The notes: generated by a model from the letters alone, not told the origin. Positions 26,076 through 34,872 are shown, counted from the stretch's first letter. The stretch: 35,232 nt of DNA from a virus (IMGVR_UViG_3300048854_000041:1-35232), one strand, 5' to 3'. Made by a program: numbers and translations.

Positions 26076-28316
26076 ATGACCCGACTACTCAGAGTAGCGG
26101 CTGTTCTGCTTTGCGCAGTCGGCCTCAGCGCTTCCGCCTCCACCATGACTGCCACGTTAACCGACACGGACGGCACGGCATGGGCAAATGCCACCTATAC
26201 CGCTGTCCTTACGCTTCAGGGGCAGCCAGGCGCGGTTCCTACGATTAGCGGAGTTCCTGTCTCTCCTTTGACCATAAGCAGCACTGCAAGCTCTTCAGGC
26301 GTGATTACCGGCACGTTTACCGACACCAGCACTCTCGACCAGAAGAACGGCCTTTGGGTGTTTACGATTACCCCGAATGCATCGGGCGCTCCGGTTGTCG
26401 TTTCGGTGGCTATCACCGGGTCCACGCCGAACCTCACAAATAACTTCTCAAGCCTCAAGGCTCCGCGCTTCCCGGCAGGACTTTCTGCTTATGGATATAC
26501 AGACGGCGAGGTAACTAATGTTGCACTTGGCGATTCCTATTTCAACGTAGTCACGCCGTGCCCCAAGACGTTTACGCAGGCAGGATGGCAGTGCGGTGGT
26601 GGTGGAAGCAGTGCACCTACGCTGGTAGCTGGATCTCAGATTCTATTCCTCCCTTATCTTCAAGGCTCGGGAACAGTCCTCACCGATCAGAGCCCAAATC
26701 ACAACGACTGCACGTTTGCAGCAGCCCTACAGGCTCCTACATGGAACAACACAGGCACCGGCCTACTCTTCAACGGCAATCAGCGCTGCACGATGCCTGC
26801 TGGTGCAATGACCGGAGCCAAGACGATTGAGCTTTGGGTTGCCCTCACCGAGCCGATGCTGCGAGAAGGAGCTCAGGCGGTCAATATGCTTGTCTCCGAT
26901 TTCGCCAATAACTATATCGGAACTCACGGCTCCACAAATGGCGGGATTGCCATGGGGAACGGGATCGGAACGGCTCAGACTGTCGGCATCGATCGCTATA
27001 TCGGAAACTCTCACTTTGCAGGAACTTATTCCGGTACGGTTGCCATTCACTACATTAATGGCCGCCAGACGCAGGGATACATCCAGAACGCCAACAACTG
27101 GCAATGGACGAATACAGGTGTTGCCGCTATCGGTGATGCGGCCAGTGCTCCCGCAAATGGTTGGGGCTCGCAGTTCGTTCTTTGGGGCATGGCCGTCTAT
27201 AACACGGTCCTGACACCCGCCCAGATTCAGCAGAATGATGCGGCGATGAAAGCGACACTTGCGACCAAAGGGGTCTACTTTCAGGACTTCGTTCCAGAAA
27301 ATGCCGCCCTATTTGTTGGCGACTCGCTCTGCGAAAACCTTGGTGGAAACTTTGCGCAGTTAACCTCTCCTTCTTACCTTGCTGCCCAGTCTGCGGGAGT
27401 CACGCAATACAGCAGTACTTGCTTATCGAGCCAGACGCAGGTAACTATCAACTCCCTGATCGCTACCCGCGAGTATCCCATCTTGGACGGCGCCGCTGGC
27501 GGCTATAAGATCGTCATAGACAACGCGGGCACAAATGACATTCGTGCCCTCAGTCTGACGGGTGCAGCTGCATTCGCCAATCTCCAAACGTACATCACAA
27601 CCCTTCGCGGTCGTTATCCGCTAATTCCTATCGTTGTCGGCACACTGGCACCTCGGGGCGACAATTCAGCGGCTCAGGAAGTGCAGCGCGAAGCCTTCAA
27701 CACTCTGCTGATTGGGGCATGGACAGGAGGTACGCTGGGAGTTGGTGTCAGCGTCAATGACGTCGCAAACAATCCGATTGTTGCAACCTTGGCGTCTCCA
27801 AACAACTACGCTCCGACAACGTTAGCGACCTGCAATAACACGGTTTACTTCATCTCGGATTGCATCCACTGGCGCCCAGCCACAACCGCGACGATGGGCA
27901 CCCAGTATGGAGCCGCAATTCTTGATGCACAGGGAAAGCTTAACAAGACTCACTGGATCAACCTGACTGTCCCCTTCCAAGTGTTGGCCACCTTCGCGAA
28001 CACAAGCCAGACTCTTCCGATCGTTCAGCTCGGTCCGACATGGCAGGTATGCGGCACAAAGATGACAGTGAGCACTCCTTTCGTAGGAACCAGCATCAGC
28101 GCTCTTGCGGTAACGCTGGGCGACTCGACAGGAACAGCAACGCAATATCTTGCCTCGCAGGACATGCTTACTGCCACCTCTACTCGTTCTCCAAGCAGTT
28201 CCTTTGTCAGTAATCATGGAATCGTTCAGGCGGCTTTCTCTGCTACAGGCGCGAACTTCAGCGCTCTGACGGCGGGAAGTCTTAGCGTGGACGTCTGTGT
28301 AATTGCTGCTCCGTAA
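26076..28316 (+). CDS. Signal-peptide protein with LamG/ConA-like lectin and SGNH hydrolase domains (receptor-binding/esterase)
   Basis: AGGAG RBS at ATG 26076; MTRLLRVAAVLLCAVGLSASA; TIELWV..HFAGTY..YING..AVYN.VLT.AQI (LamG); FVGDSL, NAGTND, DCIH (SGNH). Confidence 0.75.
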   Translation: MTRLLRVAAVLLCAVGLSASASTMTATLTDTDGTAWANATYTAVLTLQGQPGAVPTISGVPVSPLTISSTASSSGVITGTFTDTSTLDQKNGLWVFTITPNASGAPVVVSVAITGSTPNLTNNFSSLKAPRFPAGLSAYGYTDGEVTNVALGDSYFNVVTPCPKTFTQAGWQCGGGGSSAPTLVAGSQILFLPYLQGSGTVLTDQSPNHNDCTFAAALQAPTWNNTGTGLLFNGNQRCTMPAGAMTGAKTIELWVALTEPMLREGAQAVNMLVSDFANNYIGTHGSTNGGIAMGNGIGTAQTVGIDRYIGNSHFAGTYSGTVAIHYINGRQTQGYIQNANNWQWTNTGVAAIGDAASAPANGWGSQFVLWGMAVYNTVLTPAQIQQNDAAMKATLATKGVYFQDFVPENAALFVGDSLCENLGGNFAQLTSPSYLAAQSAGVTQYSSTCLSSQTQVTINSLIATREYPILDGAAGGYKIVIDNAGTNDIRALSLTGAAAFANLQTYITTLRGRYPLIPIVVGTLAPRGDNSAAQEVQREAFNTLLIGAWTGGTLGVGVSVNDVANNPIVATLASPNNYAPTTLATCNNTVYFISDCIHWRPATTATMGTQYGAAILDAQGKLNKTHWINLTVPFQVLATFANTSQTLPIVQLGPTWQVCGTKMTVSTPFVGTSISALAVTLGDSTGTATQYLASQDMLTATSTRSPSSSFVSNHGIVQAAFSATGANFSALTAGSLSVDVCVIAAP

Positions 28317-28323
28317 TCAGACT

Positions 28324-28354
28324 GGCCCCTCGCTATGGGGGGCCTTTCCTGTTT
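28324..28354 (+). terminator. Intrinsic terminator at the end of the late operon
   Basis: GGCCCC/GGGGCC stem followed by TTTCCTGTTT. Confidence 0.7.
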
Positions 28355-28471
28355 CCAAATTGAAAACAATTGTTCTCAAAACAGCTAAAACCCCATAAAA
28401 CAGGGGCTTTTCGCGTTGCTCGCTGTTAAACTTACACAAAAGCGCATGCATGATACAGAACTCGTCATGTC

Positions 28472-29536
28472 ATGTCAAAAGCCGTCACTAGGAGACTCCC
28501 CTTGGCCACTACGCAGCCGTTATCTGCTGATAAAGTGCAACAGATTAAAGACTTAGTCGCTGAAGGAAAGCTAAAACGTGATGAGATTGCAAGGCTTTTG
28601 GGCGTTGGACAGGGAACGGTAAGCAAGTACAAGAATCAACTGAATACGCCGGCAGTCGTTGCAGACAAGAAGGTCGGAGAGTTTGACTGGCGCGAGTGGG
28701 CAGAATGGGCCAAGCAGGGACAGAAGCTCAAGAAGAAGGCGTCCTTCTCGCAGGAAGAGGCCACCTTCACTCTAGGAGACGGCACCTCTCCTATTATCCT
28801 TGCCACGTTCTCCGATCAGCACATTGGTTCATGGGGAGCGGACTATGACCTGTTTACGCAGATCACCAAGGAAATCGTAGAGACGCCCAATCTCTACATG
28901 GTCATGCTGGGAGATGAGACAGAGCACGCCATCAAGCTCCGCAGCGTGCTAGAGGTTTGCAGCCAGATCTTCGCACCTGAAATTCAGGAGCAGTTCATCG
29001 AAGCATGGGCCAAGGAAGTAAACCACAAGATCGCCTGGTCGGGATGGTCGAATCACGGCATCGAGCGAGGAGAGAAGCAGGCTGGCTCGAGCGTGCTCAA
29101 GAACATCCTCTCCCGCCAAGCTACCTACTTCAACGGCTTGGCTCATGTCACCATCAATGTCGGCACGCAGCAGTACAAGGTAGCCAGCAACCACAAGTTC
29201 CGCGGCAATTCGATGTACAGCCGGGTACAGGGTCCAAAGCGTTATATCCGCATGGAAGCTCCAGACCGAGACATTGTTCTCCAGGGCGATCTCCATACTC
29301 CCGAACTGGACGTTTACTACGAGGGCGGCATGCAGCACGTTGCCATCACTACCGGCACGCTTCATCTCAATTCTGGATATGCCAAGCGGTACTTCAGCCT
29401 TATGACTATACCCGCCTATCCATGCGTAGTTCTTGACCCCCACACCCACCAGAAGACTCCCTTCTGGACCATTGGAGAGGCTGTGGCCTACGTAGAGGGC
29501 TGGAAGGCGCAGCGAGGTGAATATGTTGCAGCCTAA
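28472..29536 (+). CDS. Calcineurin-like metallophosphoesterase with N-terminal HTH
   Basis: SDQHIG, LGD, SNH, NH, GDLH metal motifs; EIARLLGVGQGTVSKY helix-turn-helix. Confidence 0.8.
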   Translation: MSKAVTRRLPLATTQPLSADKVQQIKDLVAEGKLKRDEIARLLGVGQGTVSKYKNQLNTPAVVADKKVGEFDWREWAEWAKQGQKLKKKASFSQEEATFTLGDGTSPIILATFSDQHIGSWGADYDLFTQITKEIVETPNLYMVMLGDETEHAIKLRSVLEVCSQIFAPEIQEQFIEAWAKEVNHKIAWSGWSNHGIERGEKQAGSSVLKNILSRQATYFNGLAHVTINVGTQQYKVASNHKFRGNSMYSRVQGPKRYIRMEAPDRDIVLQGDLHTPELDVYYEGGMQHVAITTGTLHLNSGYAKRYFSLMTIPAYPCVVLDPHTHQKTPFWTIGEAVAYVEGWKAQRGEYVAA

Positions 29537-30017
29537 GGAATCTGTGAACTGCCTTCACTGCGGGTCAAACTTTATCCCCAAGAAGAAGGGGAAGTTCTGC
29601 AGCTCTTCCTGTAACAAGAGGTTCTACTATCTGGCCAACAAACAGCGCTTGGACTCCTATCGCGCTGGCTGGGCCAAGGAGAACGCAGGGAAGCAGGCCT
29701 CTTATGTTCAGAAGTGCCGCGACGCCAAGCCGGAGATGTACCGCGCAATGAGGCGTTCAGCGCAGAGCATCAGGGAGTCCCGCATAGCTCAGTCCGAGGA
29801 TCACTTCACGGAAGAACAGTGGCAAAAGTTACTGCAGTCTACCGGAAACAAGTGCCTGTGCTGTGGGAAAAGCGGAACGGAGGTAGCTCTAGGTCCAGAC
29901 CATATTCTTCCGGTTGCGCTGGGTGGATCTGACGGCATCAACAATATTCAGCCCTTGTGCTGGCCTTGCAATGCCGCCAAGCACACAAGGTATATCGACT
30001 ATCGCGAGGCGGCATGA
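29523..30017 (+). CDS. HNH endonuclease
   Basis: CLCCG...DHILPVALGG.D.INNIQPLC..CN..K; N-terminal CxxC...FCS..C finger. Confidence 0.88.
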   Translation: MLQPKESVNCLHCGSNFIPKKKGKFCSSSCNKRFYYLANKQRLDSYRAGWAKENAGKQASYVQKCRDAKPEMYRAMRRSAQSIRESRIAQSEDHFTEEQWQKLLQSTGNKCLCCGKSGTEVALGPDHILPVALGGSDGINNIQPLCWPCNAAKHTRYIDYREAA

Positions 30018-30328
30018 GCCTCTGCCATCGGGAGCTTCAGCGTGTCTACCGGCAGTACAACCAGCGGTGGTTTTACGGGGCACTCCCTGAGGACGTGGAC
30101 TGCATGTTCTCTCCCGCGGCTGACTGCTATGGCCTTGTCCGACAAGAGGACTCTGGCTGGATCCTAATGCTCGACCCAAAGTATGCGATTGATGGACGGT
30201 TATGGCGATTTACACTACTGCACGAGCAGAATCATCTCTATCTGAACCCCTACAGGCTGCACGGCATTCGCTTCCAAGACGGCATGAAGCGTCTAGCGAA
30301 CGAAGGTGCGTTTCGACTCCTGTGGTAA
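30014..30328 (+). CDS. SprT-like HExxH metalloprotease domain protein
   Basis: Y..YN..WF...LP, TLLHEQNH, HG..FQ..M.RL. Confidence 0.7.
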   Translation: MSLCHRELQRVYRQYNQRWFYGALPEDVDCMFSPAADCYGLVRQEDSGWILMLDPKYAIDGRLWRFTLLHEQNHLYLNPYRLHGIRFQDGMKRLANEGAFRLLW

Positions 30329-30477
30329 TCGACGCAGACCGAAGGCATCAGACCCTAGTGCTTCAGGAATTCTCCGAAGTAGACGAAACCCTGGCAAAGT
30401 ACCTCGGCCCTACTCATCCGATACGGAAAGAACTCGGAAGGCTGATGGCAGACCTGAAGCGGCGACTTCTCAAGTGA
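30322..30477 (+). CDS. Small hypothetical protein
   Basis: GTG start overlapping the previous stop; helical 51 aa. Confidence 0.4.
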   Translation: MVIDADRRHQTLVLQEFSEVDETLAKYLGPTHPIRKELGRLMADLKRRLLK

Positions 30478-30497
30478 TTTACCCACCCCTGTTCTTG

Positions 30498-30764
30498 TGG
30501 GTGTAAATCTGGGGGTATGTCTGCAAGGTTATCCAAGTAAATCATTGATTATAAGCAAGTAATTACCTTCACTTGACTCCTGCCCGGGCCACCAACACCC
30601 CTTTCCCATACATTCCCAACCGACTCCACCAAGCCCCTAAAATCCTGCTATCCCCCAATAGTTGTGCCTATTTTGTAGTCCCATCCCTTCCCAATCGGTA
30701 TCATGGAAGCGCTGTCCCCGTGGGGGTATATCTGGGGTAATCGCCTTTGGGGATTTGGGGGTAT
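30498..30764. other. attP site: tRNA 3'-end core, integrase arm repeats, IHF site
   Basis: Core GACTCCTGCCCGGGCCACCA (30575-30594) = T-arm/acceptor/CCA of a tRNA; TGGGGGTAT at 30510, 30721, 30756; IHF consensus AATCAATGATTTA on minus strand at 30538-30550. Confidence 0.8.
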
Positions 30765-30767
30765 CTT

Positions 30768-32003
30768 TTGCTGAGTGATACGGAAGTGCGTCGGGCGAAG
30801 GCTGGAGAAGAGGATTACAGGCTTGCGGATAGTGGAGGGCTCTACTTAATAGTTAGGTCGTCTGGAAGCAAGCTGTGGCGATGGAAGTACAGATTCAATC
30901 GGCGCGAAAAGTTGATGACGTTTGGGGCTTACCCGGAGGTGTCTCTAGCTGAGGCTCGAGAGCATCATGCCGCCGGCCGCAAGCTTCTCGCTTCAGGTGT
31001 GGATCCGATGGAGGAAAGGAAGGCTAATCGGTATTCACAAGAAGGCTCGTTTAAAGAGGTGGCTGCCAAATGGATGAAGAACTGGAGGGCAGACAAGAGC
31101 GAGAAGTCTGTCAGCATCACAGAACAGCGCCTGAACGATTACGTTTACCCCCAGCTTGGGCATATGGGTTTGGACACTATAGATGCGACTCATCTCGTAC
31201 GGATGGTCAAGCCAATTGACGAGAAAGGCAAAGGGGAGACGGCAAGACGCGTTCTGGAGGTAGTAGGTCAGATCTTCCGCTATGCGATCGCTCACGGCTT
31301 AGCCAAGCGCAACCCCGTATCAGATATAAAGCCGAAGGACGTTCTCAAGCCCCTGGCGAGCAAGAATCACGCTCGTATTGATGCATCCAACCTGCCTAAG
31401 CTACTTCGGGATATCGAAGTGTACAGCGGTAGGGTTGTGACTCGCCTGGCGATGAAGCTCATGGTCCTTACGTGGCCGCGCACGAAAGAGCTTATCGGAG
31501 GAAAGTGGAAAGAGGTCAACTTCGAGCTGCGTCGATGGGATATACCAGAGGAGCGAACGAAGGAGGGGCGCCCCCACATCATCCCACTCTCGACTCAGGC
31601 TATCGAAGTGCTTGAACTTCTCCACTCAATCACAGGCAACGGGGAATTGATGTTTCCGGGAGAATTTAATCCCAGGCAAACGATGAGTAAGAACACCATC
31701 CTCGAGGCCCTATACCGAATGGGGTACGGTGGCGAGATGACCGGGCACGGGTTCAGGGGAGTCGCATCTACGATTCTTCATGAGCAGGGATTCGAGCACG
31801 ATCATATTGAGGTACAGCTATCCCACCTTGTGGGGAATCAGGTCAGCGCCGCCTACAACTATGCGCTTTACCTGCGGCAGAGGGCCGAAATGATGCAGCA
31901 TTGGGGAGATTTCCTGGAGCAGACACGGAGGAGCGGAAAGGTCGTAGAGTTCCACGTCACGCCGCCCGCCCCCGTTCGATCTTCTCGTTCACCCAGCCGC
32001 TGA
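30768..32003 (+). CDS. int: Tyrosine integrase, P4 family
   Basis: LSDT.VR.AK...DSGGLYL.V...GSK.WR..YR arm-binding domain; catalytic R, K, HGFR, H, Y residues. Confidence 0.93.
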   Translation: MLSDTEVRRAKAGEEDYRLADSGGLYLIVRSSGSKLWRWKYRFNRREKLMTFGAYPEVSLAEAREHHAAGRKLLASGVDPMEERKANRYSQEGSFKEVAAKWMKNWRADKSEKSVSITEQRLNDYVYPQLGHMGLDTIDATHLVRMVKPIDEKGKGETARRVLEVVGQIFRYAIAHGLAKRNPVSDIKPKDVLKPLASKNHARIDASNLPKLLRDIEVYSGRVVTRLAMKLMVLTWPRTKELIGGKWKEVNFELRRWDIPEERTKEGRPHIIPLSTQAIEVLELLHSITGNGELMFPGEFNPRQTMSKNTILEALYRMGYGGEMTGHGFRGVASTILHEQGFEHDHIEVQLSHLVGNQVSAAYNYALYLRQRAEMMQHWGDFLEQTRRSGKVVEFHVTPPAPVRSSRSPSR

Positions 32004-32148
32004 CTTCTGACTCGAGCCACGCAACAGAATTCGGTCCCAGTTGGATAGGACGAGGAAACTTGCCCTCTGGGATAAGTCGGTAGATGTTGCTCTTGCTGAT
32101 GCCAACCCTGTTCACAACCTCTTTCAAGCGAATAAACCTGTTTTCCAT
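31957..32148 (-). CDS. alpA: AlpA-family excisionase/regulator
   Basis: FIRLKEV...GISKS.IY.LI..GKFP.PI.LG..SVAW.ESEV..W. Confidence 0.9.
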   Translation of the reverse strand: MENRFIRLKEVVNRVGISKSNIYRLIPEGKFPRPIQLGPNSVAWLESEVSGWVNEKIERGRAA

Positions 32149-32155
32149 ATTGGCC

Positions 32156-32350
32156 CTATTCCTTCCTCTTCAAAACCCACTCAATAGCCTCAATCAGGCA
32201 CTTCCGCTTGAACTCATCCGTGTAATGCTCCTGCCATCCAAGCATCATGCAGAGCTGGTCGATTGGATCTACAACTTCATTTTCTTTAGGCATAGAATTC
32301 ATGGTCTCCAATCGTTGAGATGAGCGGATGGGATTCAGGATTTCCGGCAA
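32156..32350 (-). CDS. Hypothetical protein; start uncertain
   Basis: Fills the gap between hydrolase and alpA on the same strand. Confidence 0.45.
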   Translation of the reverse strand: MPEILNPIRSSQRLETMNSMPKENEVVDPIDQLCMMLGWQEHYTDEFKRKCLIEAIEWVLKRKE

Positions 32351-32699
32351 TATTCACCTTGAACCAGCCCGAGGTGGCAATCTTGGCGTTCCAGTAGTAG
32401 AGGGCTCCGTTGGTGACATCCTTGAGCGTCCCTTCAACTACTCCCTTGGCGATGTCCTGAGCTTGCTGCCATGTGGCGCTAGTGGTAGGTGGCCAGCGTA
32501 CCGTGTTCGGATCGCCCTTGATGACCAGGGAGGAGAACTGGTTGGCGGCAACACACTGCGAGTAGATAGACCCTCCCCACTTCTGTGCGCGGTTCCTGAC
32601 GACACAGGCGACGGCCTGCATACCTTCAAGGCCTTGGTTAGAAGCTTCCCGCCATACGGTCAGGGCTAGGATGAATTCATCTCCAAATGCTGGACTCAC
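32286..32699 (-). CDS. SleB/CwlJ-like cell wall hydrolase (Hydrolase_2)
   Basis: LALTVWREA..Q..EGM.AVA.VV.NR, QFS, D.TNGALYY, IGDH.FY; AGGAGG RBS. Confidence 0.88.
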   Translation of the reverse strand: MSPAFGDEFILALTVWREASNQGLEGMQAVACVVRNRAQKWGGSIYSQCVAANQFSSLVIKGDPNTVRWPPTTSATWQQAQDIAKGVVEGTLKDVTNGALYYWNAKIATSGWFKVNIAGNPESHPLISTIGDHEFYA

Positions 32700-32722
32700 T
32701 GTTGCCTCCTATAATTCTGTTC

Positions 32723-32890
32723 ATGCCCCGACCCCTGCGCGTCCGCGATAGAGTAATACCCTCGGGATCTACTTCTGTTTATGTAGTCACCCGCGTTAGT
32801 CAAGACGGCACACAGGCTGACATCTGCCTTGAGAACACTGATCTTGAGAGATTCAGGGTGCCGGTGAGTGAGTTGAAATTGGTGGAGTGA
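32723..32890 (+). CDS. Small beta-rich (SH3/KOW-like) protein, probably leaderless
   Basis: TATAAT at 32710-32715, 7 nt before ATG; fits exactly between minus-strand genes. Confidence 0.5.
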   Translation: MPRPLRVRDRVIPSGSTSVYVVTRVSQDGTQADICLENTDLERFRVPVSELKLVE

Positions 32891-32892
32891 TG

Positions 32893-33084
32893 TCATCCGC
32901 GTTCCTCCCTAGCCTTCTTCATAAAGTAGAAGCTATCCACATCGGTGTAAGCCGCTGCCAGTTCGAGCGCCCTCTTTGTTACCTGGAGTTCGGCTTCGAG
33001 TGATTCAAATAAGGCGTCGGCTTCGGACTGGGCATAGTACCCGCAATCGTTGGCCTCATATGCAACACAAGGTCGTTCGCTCAC
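32893..33084 (-). CDS. Hypothetical protein
   Basis: GTGA-coupled to the upstream gene with GAGGGAGG RBS. Confidence 0.55.
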   Translation of the reverse strand: MSERPCVAYEANDCGYYAQSEADALFESLEAELQVTKRALELAAAYTDVDSFYFMKKAREERG

Positions 33085-34181
33085 TTGCCCTCCCTCAGCT
33101 TCTCTTCCAACTCAGCGATCTTGGCGCGGGAATCTCGCAACTCTCGCACTACCTCATAAACCTCATCTCCGGGAACCTTCCACCACTTCGTCTCATCGAT
33201 CATTCCTTCGAGGCGCTTGTCGGATATTTGGCCCTTAGTGTAGGCGTAGAACTCAGGTCCGCGATGTGATGCCGCAACTACTGCCTCCAGTTCAGCGATC
33301 TTTTGTAGCAGAGGGGACTGAGCGGCCATGTAGCCAGCATGAAAACAGTTATAGGGCCACGTGGAACCGGGACCGCCGATTGTCACCTTTGGCTGAAACT
33401 CTTTCCACGCTGCCTCAAATCCCTCAGTTGGTTTGGGTTCACGTTGCTCTGCAATTTCATCAATCAGCCTCTCAAGTTCCAAGGAAAGGTATTTGGTATC
33501 TGTATCTCCTCCTAGCTGCTCAATCCAATCCCGTATATTGCCTTCATAATCTCGACAATCTACGCAAACGTCCTTATCCCCCTGCGCTGTGGCGGGTTCG
33601 GGTTCCATACTGCGAACTTTCCATGCAAACCAAGCTGCCGCCCTATGTGATCCTTCGAGTTCGAACATCTTCGATCCGCGCTCGGCCCATACCTTAGCAA
33701 ATGCCTCGCGCTCTCTATCCCCTTGCATTGTGGCGGGTTGCAACTCTGGCGGAATCATCTGCGGCGCTGTTGTGTCGATAAAAGCGGGAGCGGGAGCATC
33801 GAGATGAATGTTCGCTTGCCGCGCTAGGTCTCGCATAATTGCCGCGTCAGACGGTCCACATGCTGCTATGAACTCTTCAAGGCCCTTCTTTTGGTCTGCT
33901 ACGGGCACACCACCGCGAGTTACGATCAACGGCGATACTGTTGGCGGAATGTCAGGCTCCGCGCACCCACAATCCGACGAGCAGCATAGGCAGCCTTGGC
34001 AAATCCAAGCGCCACAAGAACATTTTCTCTGGGTAGGCTCATCCTGCCCTGTTGTGTCGATAGGGGATGGGGTGGGAGCGGATTCAAGAGGTGGGCAATC
34101 GCCACACAATAGGACCTCGGTATCCCAGAGTCTGGGGCAATCGGTGCAACGATCATGCGTTTCTGTTTTCTGCTCTGTCAT
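33081..34181 (-). CDS. Mosaic early-left hypothetical protein (Cys-rich segments, coiled coils)
   Basis: Long ORF; repeated IDTT/EPATxQGD linkers and KIAELE motifs. Confidence 0.65.
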   Translation of the reverse strand: MTEQKTETHDRCTDCPRLWDTEVLLCGDCPPLESAPTPSPIDTTGQDEPTQRKCSCGAWICQGCLCCSSDCGCAEPDIPPTVSPLIVTRGGVPVADQKKGLEEFIAACGPSDAAIMRDLARQANIHLDAPAPAFIDTTAPQMIPPELQPATMQGDREREAFAKVWAERGSKMFELEGSHRAAAWFAWKVRSMEPEPATAQGDKDVCVDCRDYEGNIRDWIEQLGGDTDTKYLSLELERLIDEIAEQREPKPTEGFEAAWKEFQPKVTIGGPGSTWPYNCFHAGYMAAQSPLLQKIAELEAVVAASHRGPEFYAYTKGQISDKRLEGMIDETKWWKVPGDEVYEVVRELRDSRAKIAELEEKLREGK

Positions 34182-34185
34182 ATCC

Positions 34186-34842
34186 CTACTCTCCCGTAAC
34201 CGCTGCTTTGATCCTGTCGTGTACTCTCATGGCCCAGTTAGGGCGGCCCTCGTCGTCGATGTCTACGCGGTCGTAGGCTTCATCCTGAATCTCTATAAGC
34301 AGATCTCGTAGCCGCTCCTTACCCTCTAGAGAAGCCTCTTTAGTCGCACGGGAGTAATCAATCCACTCTTTGCGGCTGCGCCATAGCATGTCCCACGTTA
34401 TTTCCTCGTTGCCATTTAGCGGCTTCGGTTCATTTAGGCTGCGTCCATCGCCGGACTCGACCTTGGCAGGCTCGACCCACGGCACAAACTGATGACGAAC
34501 AGGTTCATCATGGAACCAAGCAATGCCCGCGAAATATCCCTTGGCCCCGCAGTGCTTACAAACCGAACGCTTGCACTTCTCCCCATCTTTGGGGGCAGGC
34601 TCTACCTTGTGTAGCGGGTTGTAACAAGGGGTGCCGCAGATTTTACATGCCTTCTCTTCTGAGGCAGGTAGCTTTCTGGCAGCGTCTTCCCAGCTATCGC
34701 CCAGATAATACTCAGTCTCAGTGGGATGTATTGCGGGTACAAGACCAGCCTCAATGAATCCCACCTTGGATGTCCAAACTCTTCCGCTGAATGGTTGATA
34801 CGCATTTGGATGTACCTTCAAAACCTGTTCTTTGCTTGTCAT
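34186..34842 (-). CDS. Hypothetical early-left protein
   Basis: GAGG RBS; two CxxC motifs. Confidence 0.6.
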   Translation of the reverse strand: MTSKEQVLKVHPNAYQPFSGRVWTSKVGFIEAGLVPAIHPTETEYYLGDSWEDAARKLPASEEKACKICGTPCYNPLHKVEPAPKDGEKCKRSVCKHCGAKGYFAGIAWFHDEPVRHQFVPWVEPAKVESGDGRSLNEPKPLNGNEEITWDMLWRSRKEWIDYSRATKEASLEGKERLRDLLIEIQDEAYDRVDIDDEGRPNWAMRVHDRIKAAVTGE

Positions 34843-34872
34843 AATCCTCTGCTCCTCCCTTGCGATAGATTC

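Noticed and set aside
30312-30322. Second TTCGACTCCTG resembling the att core/T-loop
   Set aside because: Only 11 nt, inside a coding region, with no acceptor or CCA sequence; probably chance
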